Part shown: one piece after another, positions 1-9,257 of the stretch | Numbering within the stretch: position 1 is the first letter of the stretch | How the letters are laid out: each line of letters starts with the position of its first letter | From: Candidatus Kerfeldbacteria bacterium | GTDB lineage: Bacteria; Patescibacteriota; Patescibacteriia; UBA10025; JAHIVO01 | Assembly: GCA_047946875.1 (NCBI GenBank) | Contig: CP181398.1 | Coordinates: forward strand, 649,041 to 713,040 | Length of the DNA: 64,000 nucleotides | Direction of reading: 5' to 3' | Notes under the pieces: model-generated | What the model saw: the letters and a program-made list of their open reading frames with translations, nothing else | What the model was told of the DNA's origin: nothing | The model's database searches: none | Program-made: the position numbers and the translations under genes

Positions 1-116
1 TGATTATATAATCCTATAAGCACCCAGCCAATGAAGCCTACAACAACAGAAATAATACCTAATACTCCTAATACTATTACGAAAGGTTTTTTTTTACTGT
101 AATCTCGTTCGTTCAT
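1..116 (-). CDS. N-terminal part of a small membrane protein (runs off window edge)
   Basis: Manual translation MNERDYSKKKPFVIVLGVLGIISVVVGFIGWVLIGLYN..., directly after pheS stop. Confidence 0.6.
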   Translation of the reverse strand, partial: MNERDYSKKKPFVIVLGVLGIISVVVGFIGWVLIGLYN

Positions 117-129
117 AAATTTTTTTAAT

Positions 130-1140
130 TTAAAATTGTTCTAAATAATTTAAATCTCCTTTGTAAGACAAGCGAATATCATCAATGCCATGATAGAGCA
201 TCATCAAACGTTCAATCCCACCCCCAAAAGCAAAACCAGAATACTTCTCGGGATCTACTCCCATATTCTTAAGAACTTTAGGATGGACCATACCTGCTCC
301 CAACATTTCTAACCAGCCAGTCTTCTTACATACAGAACAACCTTCTCCATGACAAATAAGACAACTCATTGATACTTCTAGCGACGGTTCTGTAAATGGG
401 AAATATGATCCATTAGCTTTGATCTTCACCTCTTTACCAAATAATGTTTGAAAGAAACTTTCCAGAGTACTTAATAAATTTCTAACGCTAATATTCTCAT
501 CTATAACTAATCCTTCATACTGATGAAATGTTGTTTCATGTGATGCATCAGTAGCTTCATGACGAAATGTCCTACCAGGTACTAATAATCTAACAGGTGG
601 TTTACGAGTTTCCATAGCTCTTAGCTGCATTGGTGATGTATGTGTTCTAAGAACTAAACCTTTTTCCAGATAAAATGTATCCCACATATCTCTAGCTGGA
701 TGATTCTTAGGAATGTTTAATAAATCAAAATTATACTTAGGTGTCTCTATTTCTCTGCCTTCTAATATTTCAAATCCCATGGATAGAAAAATATCTTCTA
801 TCTTTCTTTGGAATTGGGTAATCGGGTGAAGATGACCAATCTCAGCTGGTTCACCCGGCCAAGTCATATCTAGAGGCGTTGAAGATATTTTATCTGCCTG
901 AGAAAGTTCTACAATTTTATTCTTTATAATATCTACTATTTCATTCTTTACTTCATTAGCCATTTTACCTACTATTGGTTTCTGGTCATTGGGTAAATCT
1001 TTTACTTGCTTCAATAAATTTGTTAGTTCACCTTTACGTCCTAATAAATTTGTTTCGATAGTTTGCAAGAAATTCAAATCTTTTGCTCCTTCGAGCATTT
1101 TTAGTGCTTTATTTTTAATTTGTTCTAATTTATCTTTCAT
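130..1140 (-). CDS. pheS: Phenylalanine--tRNA ligase alpha subunit
   Basis: GHLHP, HPARDMWDTF, LRTHTS, YFPFTEPS, GFAFGGGIERL motifs. Confidence 0.98.
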   Translation of the reverse strand: MKDKLEQIKNKALKMLEGAKDLNFLQTIETNLLGRKGELTNLLKQVKDLPNDQKPIVGKMANEVKNEIVDIIKNKIVELSQADKISSTPLDMTWPGEPAEIGHLHPITQFQRKIEDIFLSMGFEILEGREIETPKYNFDLLNIPKNHPARDMWDTFYLEKGLVLRTHTSPMQLRAMETRKPPVRLLVPGRTFRHEATDASHETTFHQYEGLVIDENISVRNLLSTLESFFQTLFGKEVKIKANGSYFPFTEPSLEVSMSCLICHGEGCSVCKKTGWLEMLGAGMVHPKVLKNMGVDPEKYSGFAFGGGIERLMMLYHGIDDIRLSYKGDLNYLEQF

Positions 1141-1142
1141 AT

Positions 1143-1526
1143 CTATCTTCTAATAACTTTTCTGGATAAAAAGAAAAATTCAAGTAAAGTCATAAAAATT
1201 ATTAACAAAACTATACTCCACCATTGTAGAAATTCTGATGCTTGTAACATCAACGTTAAAACTATAAGACCAGAAAACCATAGTGACTGGCGAGTTGCTA
1301 CTCCCAAATGTCTAAATATTACCTGTTCTTTAGAAAACCAAACCCTCATAAAAAAACCAAGCAATGAAAATGTACCTAAAGAAGCAAAAAATATACTCAT
1401 GTAAAATAAGAGGAATCCGACTGATCCAGCCTCAAAAGGATCCATGAAATATAGGACAAAAAGCCAACCGATCCAACAAACCAGGGTCATTGAAAACATT
1501 GTAATAAGGTATTTTTTTAGAGACAT
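1143..1526 (-). CDS. Four-TM membrane protein
   Basis: 127 aa, four hydrophobic segments, abuts pheS. Confidence 0.8.
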   Translation of the reverse strand: MSLKKYLITMFSMTLVCWIGWLFVLYFMDPFEAGSVGFLLFYMSIFFASLGTFSLLGFFMRVWFSKEQVIFRHLGVATRQSLWFSGLIVLTLMLQASEFLQWWSIVLLIIFMTLLEFFFLSRKVIRR

Positions 1527-1714
1527 TTTTGTAAATTTATGATAAAAAATCAGGCCTGAACCTGACTATATTTTAACACATTTTTTGCTCTCTGACAAAC
1601 CCCAAAACCGCCCTTTTTTAATGCTAATATTAGCTAAAAATTAGAGGTGTTAGTAACCTAAATTTATAACCTCATTTTCCAAATAAAAAAAGTGAAAATA
1701 TCACAATTTACACC

Positions 1715-1743
1715 TTGACAAAATTTGAATAGTGCGTTATTAT
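1715..1743 (+). promoter_or_regulatory. sigma70 promoter for candidate ncRNA
   Basis: TTGACA-17 bp-TATTAT. Confidence 0.75.
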
Positions 1744-1750
1744 TATATAT

Positions 1751-1910
1751 TGAAATGGTGAGCAGTAGTCTTTAATGACGCTAGCTCAATGGGATTGACT
1801 AGAAAGAGACGTTATAGAGTCTTAAGACCTAATAACATGATAGGATTGAGTGATAACAAATTATCGCCATACCTTCAGTCTACTGACTGGCATTACCCAA
1901 ATCCATTTCA
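1751..1910 (+). ncRNA. Candidate ~160-nt multibranched structured RNA, family unknown
   Basis: Ends pair (TGAAATGG/CCATTTCA), internal stems, own promoter and terminator, no ORF. Confidence 0.6.
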
Positions 1911-1918
1911 TAAAATTT

Positions 1919-1957
1919 CCACCCAATAAGTATTTATACGTACGGGTGGTTTTTTTT
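1919..1957 (+). terminator. Intrinsic terminator
   Basis: CCACCC...GGGTGG stem followed by T run. Confidence 0.75.
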
Positions 1958-2048
1958 ATGACTATAATTTTAAAATATTGGAGAATGGGACTTTAATAAT
2001 TATCTTTAAAAAAATTATAACAAATATTTCGTATATATAATCAAACTC

Positions 2049-2139
2049 TGTCACTCTGAGCGAAGTCGAAGAGTCTCCTGACCTTTGGTCAGGGGATTCT
2101 CACGGTCGTTACGTTTCACGTAACTCCCTCAGAATGACA
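2049..2139. repeat. REP-like/MITE palindromic element
   Basis: TGTCACTCTGAG...CTCAGAATGACA inverted ends with internal hairpins (CCTGACC/GGTCAGG, GTTACG/CGTAAC). Confidence 0.75.
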
Positions 2140-2147
2140 ATAGGTGG

Positions 2148-2441
2148 TTACATTAAAATCCTTATCTTTTTTACTTTAATAGCCCCAATTTTCTTATTTA
2201 ATGTTTCTAACAATTCATATTCATTCATCTTTACTTCCTGACCAGTTGCCGAACTAAGAACCGCTACTGTCATTGTTCCATCTTTTACATATTTTGCTTG
2301 AATCCTATCTTTAAATTTATCCCCCATTATCTTCACTACCAACTTATCAAATTCATCACAAATCATAGCGGCGCCAACTTCTTTGGCAGCACCAGTTCTA
2401 CCTAAGCTCTCTCCTAATAAATTTTTTATCGATATTACCAT
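2148..2441 (-). CDS. DUF721/DciA family protein
   Basis: 97 aa, SIKNLL N-terminus, 'GTMTVAVLSSATGQEVKMNEYELLETLN' pattern. Confidence 0.7.
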   Translation of the reverse strand: MVISIKNLLGESLGRTGAAKEVGAAMICDEFDKLVVKIMGDKFKDRIQAKYVKDGTMTVAVLSSATGQEVKMNEYELLETLNKKIGAIKVKKIRILM

Positions 2442-2446
2442 TTTGA

Positions 2447-2851
2447 TTATACTTTCCTAACTCTAGTTATCTGATTTAATATATTTTCAATTACTCCTTC
2501 TATATTATTATAAATATCATAATTAGTAAAACGTAAAAAATCTATACTAAACGTCTCAATAAACTCTTGGCGCTTTTTATCATTGATCTTAGCTTCTTTG
2601 GTTAAAAAATGCGTTGGACCATCCACCTCTATAACCAACCTTAACTCTGGACAATAGAAATCTACCACATATCCACCGATGCTGTACTGACGACGAAACT
2701 TAAAATCTCCGATCTGACGACCTTTCAAATACCGCCAAAGAATCAATTCAGCCTTCGGCGACTCACGTCGTAGTTTTTGACGACGCTCTTTCATACTCGT
2801 GCAATTATATAATCTTGTCATATGATGGATTGACCTCCCCTTAATAGACAT
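2447..2851 (-). CDS. DUF559 (Vsr-like) endonuclease domain protein; true start may be 2821
   Basis: AELILW, KFRRQYSIGGYVVDFYC, IEVDGPTH, LRFTN motifs. Confidence 0.9.
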   Translation of the reverse strand: MSIKGRSIHHMTRLYNCTSMKERRQKLRRESPKAELILWRYLKGRQIGDFKFRRQYSIGGYVVDFYCPELRLVIEVDGPTHFLTKEAKINDKKRQEFIETFSIDFLRFTNYDIYNNIEGVIENILNQITRVRKV

Positions 2852-2869
2852 TTAATTATTATTCTCAAC

Positions 2870-2908
2870 CCCTCCTTCATCCCCTCCTCAATTGAGGAGG
2901 GGAAAGGC
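2870..2908. repeat. Short palindromic REP-like element next to DUF559 gene
   Basis: CCCCTCCTCAATTGAGGAGGGG perfect palindrome. Confidence 0.6.
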
Positions 2909-3159
2909 ATACACTATAAATATAACCATTTCATGGTGAGAGGTGGTGGAGTAAACAAAAAATCCCCATGGTTATTGGGGAAAGTATTATATATGTAAAT
3001 TACGATATTTTTATCTTCTAGTCAATTAATTACGATTTAATGTTTCTGGCATACATAATTTTACCTTTTATTAACAATAAACGAAAAAACACTTGACGAA
3101 AGTATGAACAAGACTTAATATAATATAAATAAGTAAAAAATCAAAAAAGGAGGAAAACA

Positions 3160-3531
3160 TTGAACAGTGAACAATTAGTCCAACAAGTGCGTGATGGAGA
3201 TATTATGGAGTATACTCTGACCGGCGACATCGACGACCTTGTCGTGGACATGCTCGATTTCGCCATTACTTCCGAAAAAAACGAACATGAACTGCACCTG
3301 GTCAACCTGACAGCAGTCACCTCAATTACGGACTATGCAATCGGAAAATTCATCCTGATCCGAGAGATCCTGGATATTAAAAAGGAAAAGCTGGCTCTGA
3401 CACTGGGTGGCAGAGAACACCCACTTCTCGAGCGGCTAGCCTGTGCGTTTATGAACAAACAGGTTTATATCTACCCTTCAGCGGAAAAAGCGGTTGAAGT
3501 ACTACACCGCCCTCAGACTACTTCGACCTAA
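3160..3531 (+). CDS. STAS-domain (anti-sigma antagonist-like) protein; cassette gene
   Basis: LTGDID...VNLTAVTSITDYAIGKF...IYPSAEKAV resembles STAS; TTGACG at 3093, AGGAGG SD. Confidence 0.6.
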   Translation: MNSEQLVQQVRDGDIMEYTLTGDIDDLVVDMLDFAITSEKNEHELHLVNLTAVTSITDYAIGKFILIREILDIKKEKLALTLGGREHPLLERLACAFMNKQVYIYPSAEKAVEVLHRPQTTST

Positions 3532-3558
3532 CTCGAAATTCCCGGCTAAAAACAAACC

Positions 3559-3588
3559 AAGCTCGGCGTAACATCACCGAGCTTTTTT
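3559..3588 (+). terminator. Intrinsic terminator
   Basis: AAGCTCGG...CCGAGCTTTTTT. Confidence 0.85.
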
Positions 3589-3654
3589 ATTTATGTCTTG
3601 TAATCCGTCTACTTTTTTATCATCTTCTGGATTGTGACTTAATGTTTCTGACAT
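3574..3654 (-). pseudogene. Truncated 5' remnant paralogous to the start of the 363-aa gene
   Basis: MSETLSHNPEDDKK... vs MSETLKHNPEVERN...; frame ends inside the terminator hairpin. Confidence 0.55.
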
Positions 3655-3679
3655 ATATTTGTATTTTTGATATAATTCT

Positions 3680-4771
3680 TCATTTATCATACCTCCCTAT
3701 CTCCTCCTTTATTGTCCTAGCAACTACTTCCGGATCCTGCTTTTCATCGAAAAATATATTATGATAATGCGTATTATCTATCCCCAGCACCCTCAACACT
3801 TCCCATACTTTATTCTGTTGATCTTTGAATGCCTCAGGCAATACTACCAAATGAGTAATATCTAGATTCTCTTTCTTAATATAAGATGACGCATCAAGTG
3901 CCTCACATAACCACCGTCCATTAGTCGTACGCAGAGGTATCTCACCATAGGCAGGGTTCTCAGCATCGGGGTTAGTAAAATATATAGCCTCCCCTTTCCG
4001 CCTGATATTCCCATTAGCCTCCAACTGTTTAACTAGTTCCTCTGCCTCAATTATCTTCTCACTTTCTGAGATCAATAAATATTCCTTACCCTCGGTGGCA
4101 TCTTCTGACATTACCCCTTTTTCTTTTAACAAACCTTCTACACTTCTTTTAAAATTTTCTTTTACCCCATCTGACAGTTGCAACTGCGGAGCATCAAGTG
4201 GATCTCCTTTTTCAGTAGTTATTGCATGACCCTGTTCATCTGTCTGTATTTTTTTTGGCTTACCTAACAGATCCGTAGCATCAGGCATATCCGTATTATA
4301 TTCATCATAAAGAGATATCAACCTAGCCTTGGGGAATGATTCCGTTAATGTCTTCGCCACCTCTATCCCCACCTTATCCGTATCAGTCAGCTTATCCGAC
4401 CATATCTTACCACTAGATAGATCATAATCCGCCAAGTAAGGGCTAAATGACTCAAACTCCACCTTACGACCACTTCGATAATCTTCCAGGATTTCATTCA
4501 TTTGGCATAAGGAAAAATCCACGCCTTCACGCATGGCTTCTTTTGATGCTTCCTCTATTTCTTCATCCAATTTATATTTCAATTGCTTATCTCCAGCAGC
4601 TATACTAAAAGCACTTTTGAATTTATCTCTAATACCATTCAATATCTTTCTGATTTGCGAAGGACTTTTCTCCTCTTCTGTTTCAACTTCTGGAGAATCA
4701 TAAACCACCTCGGTCCTTTCAACCTCGTCGTTCCGCTCCACCTCTGGATTGTGCTTTAATGTTTCTGACAT
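3680..4771 (-). CDS. Acidic hypothetical protein
   Basis: 363-aa ORF, TATAAT 5 nt before ATG. Confidence 0.8.
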   Translation of the reverse strand: MSETLKHNPEVERNDEVERTEVVYDSPEVETEEEKSPSQIRKILNGIRDKFKSAFSIAAGDKQLKYKLDEEIEEASKEAMREGVDFSLCQMNEILEDYRSGRKVEFESFSPYLADYDLSSGKIWSDKLTDTDKVGIEVAKTLTESFPKARLISLYDEYNTDMPDATDLLGKPKKIQTDEQGHAITTEKGDPLDAPQLQLSDGVKENFKRSVEGLLKEKGVMSEDATEGKEYLLISESEKIIEAEELVKQLEANGNIRRKGEAIYFTNPDAENPAYGEIPLRTTNGRWLCEALDASSYIKKENLDITHLVVLPEAFKDQQNKVWEVLRVLGIDNTHYHNIFFDEKQDPEVVARTIKEEIGRYDK

Positions 4772-4797
4772 TTAATATTATAGTTATATTTCAATAT

Positions 4798-5490
4798 TTA
4801 TCTACTGACAAAAGAATCAACCTCTGTAATAAATTCATTTAAGCTATTAATCTTAGATTTAACAGATAAATACAATTCGCTATAATCTAATGCTTTGATA
4901 GTTCTTTTTATGCTATTTTCAGTCTTTGTATATCTTAATCCCACAATTTTATATATATCGTCTAAATCTATTGATGGATGACTTCTACTCTCTGGATTAT
5001 CTCTAAAAGGATCAAAATCAACACCAGTGCTTACAAGTGATTCTGTAAGAGAAGGATGAATTTTTCTATAATGACTTACCTCACCTAAAAACCATGCTTC
5101 CACTTCCATAATCGCTAGTACAATCTTTATTGGGATATATTTAGTTGGAACACGGGTAGATAGACCCATTTTTAAAGCTGGAATTTCAGCATGCGTAAAT
5201 GGATATACATCTCTTAACCCTATGATCCTATCGTAACCGCTTTCTGATAACTTTTCACAATGCTCAATAATGTCCGATTTAACACTTGAGTCTCCGCCAC
5301 AATCACGTATTAAAACATAATATTCCTTTTTAGGATTAATTGATTTTGCTTCAATTATTGTTAATAAATTTTTTTCAAATCTTTTTGTTTTAGATACTGT
5401 AATATTATTTTGACCAATAACTTCAATTAATAGCCTTTCTGAAAAAATTTGTTCTGTTTTACCCTCGACAAATATTGCTAACTTTTTCAT
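4798..5490 (-). CDS. DUF4276-like (TOPRIM-like) protein
   Basis: IFVEGKTE, LRDVYP, MEVEAWFL motifs; 4-nt overlap with AAA gene. Confidence 0.75.
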   Translation of the reverse strand: MKKLAIFVEGKTEQIFSERLLIEVIGQNNITVSKTKRFEKNLLTIIEAKSINPKKEYYVLIRDCGGDSSVKSDIIEHCEKLSESGYDRIIGLRDVYPFTHAEIPALKMGLSTRVPTKYIPIKIVLAIMEVEAWFLGEVSHYRKIHPSLTESLVSTGVDFDPFRDNPESRSHPSIDLDDIYKIVGLRYTKTENSIKRTIKALDYSELYLSVKSKINSLNEFITEVDSFVSR

Positions 5491-6629
5491 TTAATATTTT
5501 CATCTCTTAAATAAAAATTATTTGTAAAGAAATCAAAATTATTAAGTCCAGTATATTTAAATTCATCAAATAGCTTCTTAGAATTTTCATAATTAAGGAT
5601 ACTACATTTTCCTCCTACTCTATTAATAATAAGCCATAACTCAATTGGGATATCATTCATGACAAAGCGATCATTCGTAGTCATTATTAATTGAGCGGGT
5701 GAATCATCAATTTTTTTCATTAACAATTTAATAAGTGCTTGAGATCTCTCAAAATCTAATCCTTCACCAATATCATCAATGAGTATACAGGTAGGTGTTG
5801 ACTCTAAATGTGAGTAATTCAATTGAATAACCAATGACAAAGCTCTAAACATACCTTGAGAGATATCTTGTTGGTTTGTTATTCCTTCAAGATCTTTTTC
5901 CTTAACTGATAAACCCTTTGCCTCTATCTTCATCCCAAAATCAGATATAATTGGTATAGTTTCTAAAAAAATATTTTCTAATTGATAATTAATTTTCTTC
6001 ATATCCTTTCTGATTACATTTACAAATTTCTGACCATATTTTTTTTGACCTGCATCAAAAATATCAATTAGTCTGTTTATATTTTTTAAATTAATTTTTT
6101 CAATATTTTTATTTTGATTAATTCCTGAAACCTGATCTTTCCCCATTTGACTTCCAAATGGATAATAAAGAGTTTGCTTTCCCCATTTATATAGGTCATT
6201 AAAAAATGGGTGCTGAATTAAATCTTTCCTTACTACACAGGCTAATTCATTATTCGATACTTGAAAATCAATACTTTTTTTAAGTTGTACTGCAAATATT
6301 TTTCCTTTACCATTACCCTTTCTTTCTAGAAATTTCTTTTTATCTACTATGAATTCTTCTTTTAGTACTTTAGAATTTTTATATTTCAAAATATATTTAA
6401 CAATTTGTTTTCCATTCTCAAATTCAATTTCATAATTTCCTGAATTATATATTAATTTTTGATCACCAGAAACTAATGCAGCGAATGCATTTATAATATT
6501 TAATATTCTTGTTTTACCTGACGCATTTTTTCCAACAAGTAAATTTTTCTTACCAACGTTAAACTTTTTAACATGCCATGCTTTGGGCGTATTTTCAAAT
6601 TGACTATACTTGATTGATTTTAATATCAT
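5487..6629 (-). CDS. AAA_21/ABC-type ATPase
   Basis: Walker A GKNASGKT, signature ISQG, Walker B ILIDDIGEGLD. Confidence 0.85.
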   Translation of the reverse strand: MILKSIKYSQFENTPKAWHVKKFNVGKKNLLVGKNASGKTRILNIINAFAALVSGDQKLIYNSGNYEIEFENGKQIVKYILKYKNSKVLKEEFIVDKKKFLERKGNGKGKIFAVQLKKSIDFQVSNNELACVVRKDLIQHPFFNDLYKWGKQTLYYPFGSQMGKDQVSGINQNKNIEKINLKNINRLIDIFDAGQKKYGQKFVNVIRKDMKKINYQLENIFLETIPIISDFGMKIEAKGLSVKEKDLEGITNQQDISQGMFRALSLVIQLNYSHLESTPTCILIDDIGEGLDFERSQALIKLLMKKIDDSPAQLIMTTNDRFVMNDIPIELWLIINRVGGKCSILNYENSKKLFDEFKYTGLNNFDFFTNNFYLRDENIK

Positions 6630-6677
6630 ATATTTATTTATTTACTAATCTAAATCTAATCCATTTTTAACTTTAAA

Positions 6678-6707
6678 TCAACCCTGCCATTTACCCTCAC
6701 AAATATC
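6678..6707 (-). repeat. Copy of uvrD 3' end (DICEGKWQG*)
   Basis: GATATTTGTGAGGGTAAATGGCAGGGTTGA vs uvrD EICEDKWEG*. Confidence 0.8.
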
Positions 6708-6722
6708 CCAGAATATCTTATT

Positions 6723-7829
6723 TTATTTTCCTGACTTAGTTCGATTATCCTGTTTACACAACATTTGACAATTTTTTGCTGTTGTTTTACCTCCTTCATG
6801 CCATGGATCAATGTGATCAGCTTCCATTTCAGAAATATCCCACTTCTGTTTCTTTTTGTTCTGCTTTTTGCAATCAGGACATACACCCTTTTGCCTCTCA
6901 TACGCTTCTCGCTTCATTTTATCGGTGAACGCGCGAATAGAAAGGTGCTTCTCCTGCCCTGTGAGTACATAAGGATAGATACCATATTTTTTTGTCACAT
7001 CCTCATCCTGCATCAATTTAGCAATTTCTGTTTCAAGTTTTTTTACACTTAATTTATTATCTTTGAATTGATTATATAGTTCTCCCCAATTCACGCTAAC
7101 CATTTCTTTACGATAATTTGTAAAAGTCTTTCGCACCCATTCAATCACATCTTGAAAATATCTCCACAACTCGTCAGCGTTTTTATCGTGTTGGTGTTTG
7201 GCCATGTAATCTTCTATCTTACCTTCGTTGATCCAGAAAAGTGCAGTTTCTAAATAATCTTGTCGTATTGGTGATCCACTTACCAAATGTCCTCCGTCAT
7301 TTGCTAAAAGATATGCTGCACAGTTTGATTTACTAAATTTCAATTTAGCATCACTTAACCATGGCCCCGTATAAACCGCATTGCGTAACTCTTGGTCGGT
7401 CAATTTTTCACCTGCAATATTAATAATCTTGAACCAATCAAGTCGCTCCCGATCTGTACCTTCGCACCAGTAAATCATAAGTTCATAATTCAAAATCTGA
7501 TCTTGTTCCTCATCTGTTAAATTATGAAAATACTTTTCATCTAGTGAAAAATCACCATTTACATATTGACCGATACTAATAGTACGCTGTTGACCATCGA
7601 GCATTTCGAAACCATCCTCATTCTTCAACCAATACATCACATTAAGTGGAAATTTTTGTTTGATGGATATTATAACTTCTTTACGTTGTTTGTCATTATA
7701 GACAAATTCGCGTTGATACTTAGGGCGAATATCGAGCTTGCCACCATATGCCACAACACCTTCTTCGGCGCTGTCTTTATAATCAGCGATTACTTCACGC
7801 ACAGAGATTCGATGTAGTTCAATTTTCAT
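6723..7829 (-). CDS. DUF262 (GmrSD-like) + HNH endonuclease
   Basis: PKYQREFVY, LDGQQR, C-terminal CPDC...EADHIDPWHEGGKT..NCQMLC. Confidence 0.9.
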   Translation of the reverse strand: MKIELHRISVREVIADYKDSAEEGVVAYGGKLDIRPKYQREFVYNDKQRKEVIISIKQKFPLNVMYWLKNEDGFEMLDGQQRTISIGQYVNGDFSLDEKYFHNLTDEEQDQILNYELMIYWCEGTDRERLDWFKIINIAGEKLTDQELRNAVYTGPWLSDAKLKFSKSNCAAYLLANDGGHLVSGSPIRQDYLETALFWINEGKIEDYMAKHQHDKNADELWRYFQDVIEWVRKTFTNYRKEMVSVNWGELYNQFKDNKLSVKKLETEIAKLMQDEDVTKKYGIYPYVLTGQEKHLSIRAFTDKMKREAYERQKGVCPDCKKQNKKKQKWDISEMEADHIDPWHEGGKTTAKNCQMLCKQDNRTKSGK

Positions 7830-7830
7830 A

Positions 7831-8874
7831 CTATTTTTTTACTTTCTTATTTTTTATAATAATTCGTGCATAAGTAACATTAACAATACCATTTACAATC
7901 ATATATAAATCACCATCAACAGCACCTCTTTTTTGAATTTCCTTCCTATATTTTTTATGCTCTTCTTTGTATCGTTTAACTCCAATTTCTATTCCTGAAT
8001 TAGATATACCTAAACCAATAATCTCGAATTGTTTCGGATTATATTTATCGAGAAAAGTGATTGGCACACCCATATCACCGCCATAGTCATAAGGGATATC
8101 AGTGTATTTATTTACATTAATTGCGTTATAGTTTTCATATTTAGGATATTCCTCAGATTTATATTTTTTATAAAGTGTAATATTCTCTTTATGTTTATCA
8201 ACTTCTAAGTTAGTGAACCAACATGAAGTTGATACACGAGCAATTTTATTACCACTCTCATCAATATGATGAAACTTTTCCCAATCTTCTGGTACAATAA
8301 AAAACATACCAACATTAAAATTAGTGTAGCCAGTTCGAATTCTATCCTCCTTAAATAGTTTGAAAATTTCCTTATAAGTCATTGAATTAGTATTGCCAAT
8401 AATCAAAAACTTTTTATCATATTCTCTCAGCTGTGCAACATACTCGCGAAACAAAGAAAAGGGCGGATTAGTTACGACAATATCAGCCTCTTTGAGTAGA
8501 TCTATACACTCATCGCTACGAAAATCACCAGTGCCAATCATCTCGGTTATGAATTCTTCTGGATCAGGAATACGGTTGCCATTTTTATCACCAGTATATT
8601 CCAATTTATAAGGTTGTTCTTGGGTAAATAAGCTTGCTTCTTTGTAATGTGTAGCAATCAATTTTTTCAATCCTAAATGTTCAAAATTCATGCTGAAATA
8701 CTTGACGAAATTACTTTCTTTCGGATCATCGCAGTTACAAAAAACTACTTTGCCACGAAATTGATCTTTATAATGTTTTAGCTCTTTTTCAATATCAGAG
8801 AGTTGAGTGTAAAATTCGTCTTTCTTTTCTTTGCTTGCTTTGTGCAAATTTTTATTTGAAGATTTTTTTTTCAT
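7831..8874 (-). CDS. EcoRI-family adenine-specific methyltransferase
   Basis: DEFYT, CNCDDP, GDFRS, VVTNPPFSLF, MGVPITFLDKYNP. Confidence 0.92.
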   Translation of the reverse strand: MKKKSSNKNLHKASKEKKDEFYTQLSDIEKELKHYKDQFRGKVVFCNCDDPKESNFVKYFSMNFEHLGLKKLIATHYKEASLFTQEQPYKLEYTGDKNGNRIPDPEEFITEMIGTGDFRSDECIDLLKEADIVVTNPPFSLFREYVAQLREYDKKFLIIGNTNSMTYKEIFKLFKEDRIRTGYTNFNVGMFFIVPEDWEKFHHIDESGNKIARVSTSCWFTNLEVDKHKENITLYKKYKSEEYPKYENYNAINVNKYTDIPYDYGGDMGVPITFLDKYNPKQFEIIGLGISNSGIEIGVKRYKEEHKKYRKEIQKRGAVDGDLYMIVNGIVNVTYARIIIKNKKVKK

Positions 8875-8904
8875 AAATTAATATTCCAACTTTTTTATTT
8901 AAAA

Positions 8905-8977
8905 TCAACCCTGCCATTTATCCTCACCCCCCACACACCAATTTCACCTATAAACTATGGGGTAACCTTGTTTTTAA
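8905..8977 (-). repeat. ~70-bp direct repeat copy 1 (GIY-YIG tail + AAATTGGTGTGTGGGGG + uvrD 3' end EDKWQG*)
   Basis: Near-identical to 9186-9257. Confidence 0.85.
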
Positions 8978-9062
8978 TCCATAATACACTTTTGAAAATA
9001 ACTTTAAGTTTTTCTCTCTTTTTCGAGCATCTTTTTCGGAAGAATAAGCTTCATAATAATAT
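8948..9062 (-). pseudogene. C-terminal remnant of a GIY-YIG nuclease
   Basis: YYEAYSSEKDARKREKNLK...LKTRLPHSL* with no N-terminus. Confidence 0.7.
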
Positions 9063-9064
9063 AT

Positions 9065-9169
9065 TTATGGTGAAAATAAAATTACAGCCATAACCACTAC
9101 AAAAATAATTACAAATAATACTATTCTTTTACCTGTACCACCAATCCAAAATTTATTATATTTTTCCAT
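9065..9169 (-). CDS. 34-aa single-TM peptide
   Basis: Manual translation MEKYNKFWIGGTGKRIVLFVIIFVVVMAVILFSP*. Confidence 0.45.
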   Translation of the reverse strand: MEKYNKFWIGGTGKRIVLFVIIFVVVMAVILFSP

Positions 9170-9185
9170 ATTAGATAAATTTTAA

Positions 9186-9257
9186 TTACCCCTGCCATTT
9201 ATCCTCACCCCCACATACCAATTTCACCTATAAACTATAAGGTAACCTTGTTTTTAA
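9186..9257 (-). repeat. ~70-bp direct repeat copy 2 (GIY-YIG tail + uvrD 3' end EDKWQG*)
   Basis: Near-identical to 8905-8977. Confidence 0.85.
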
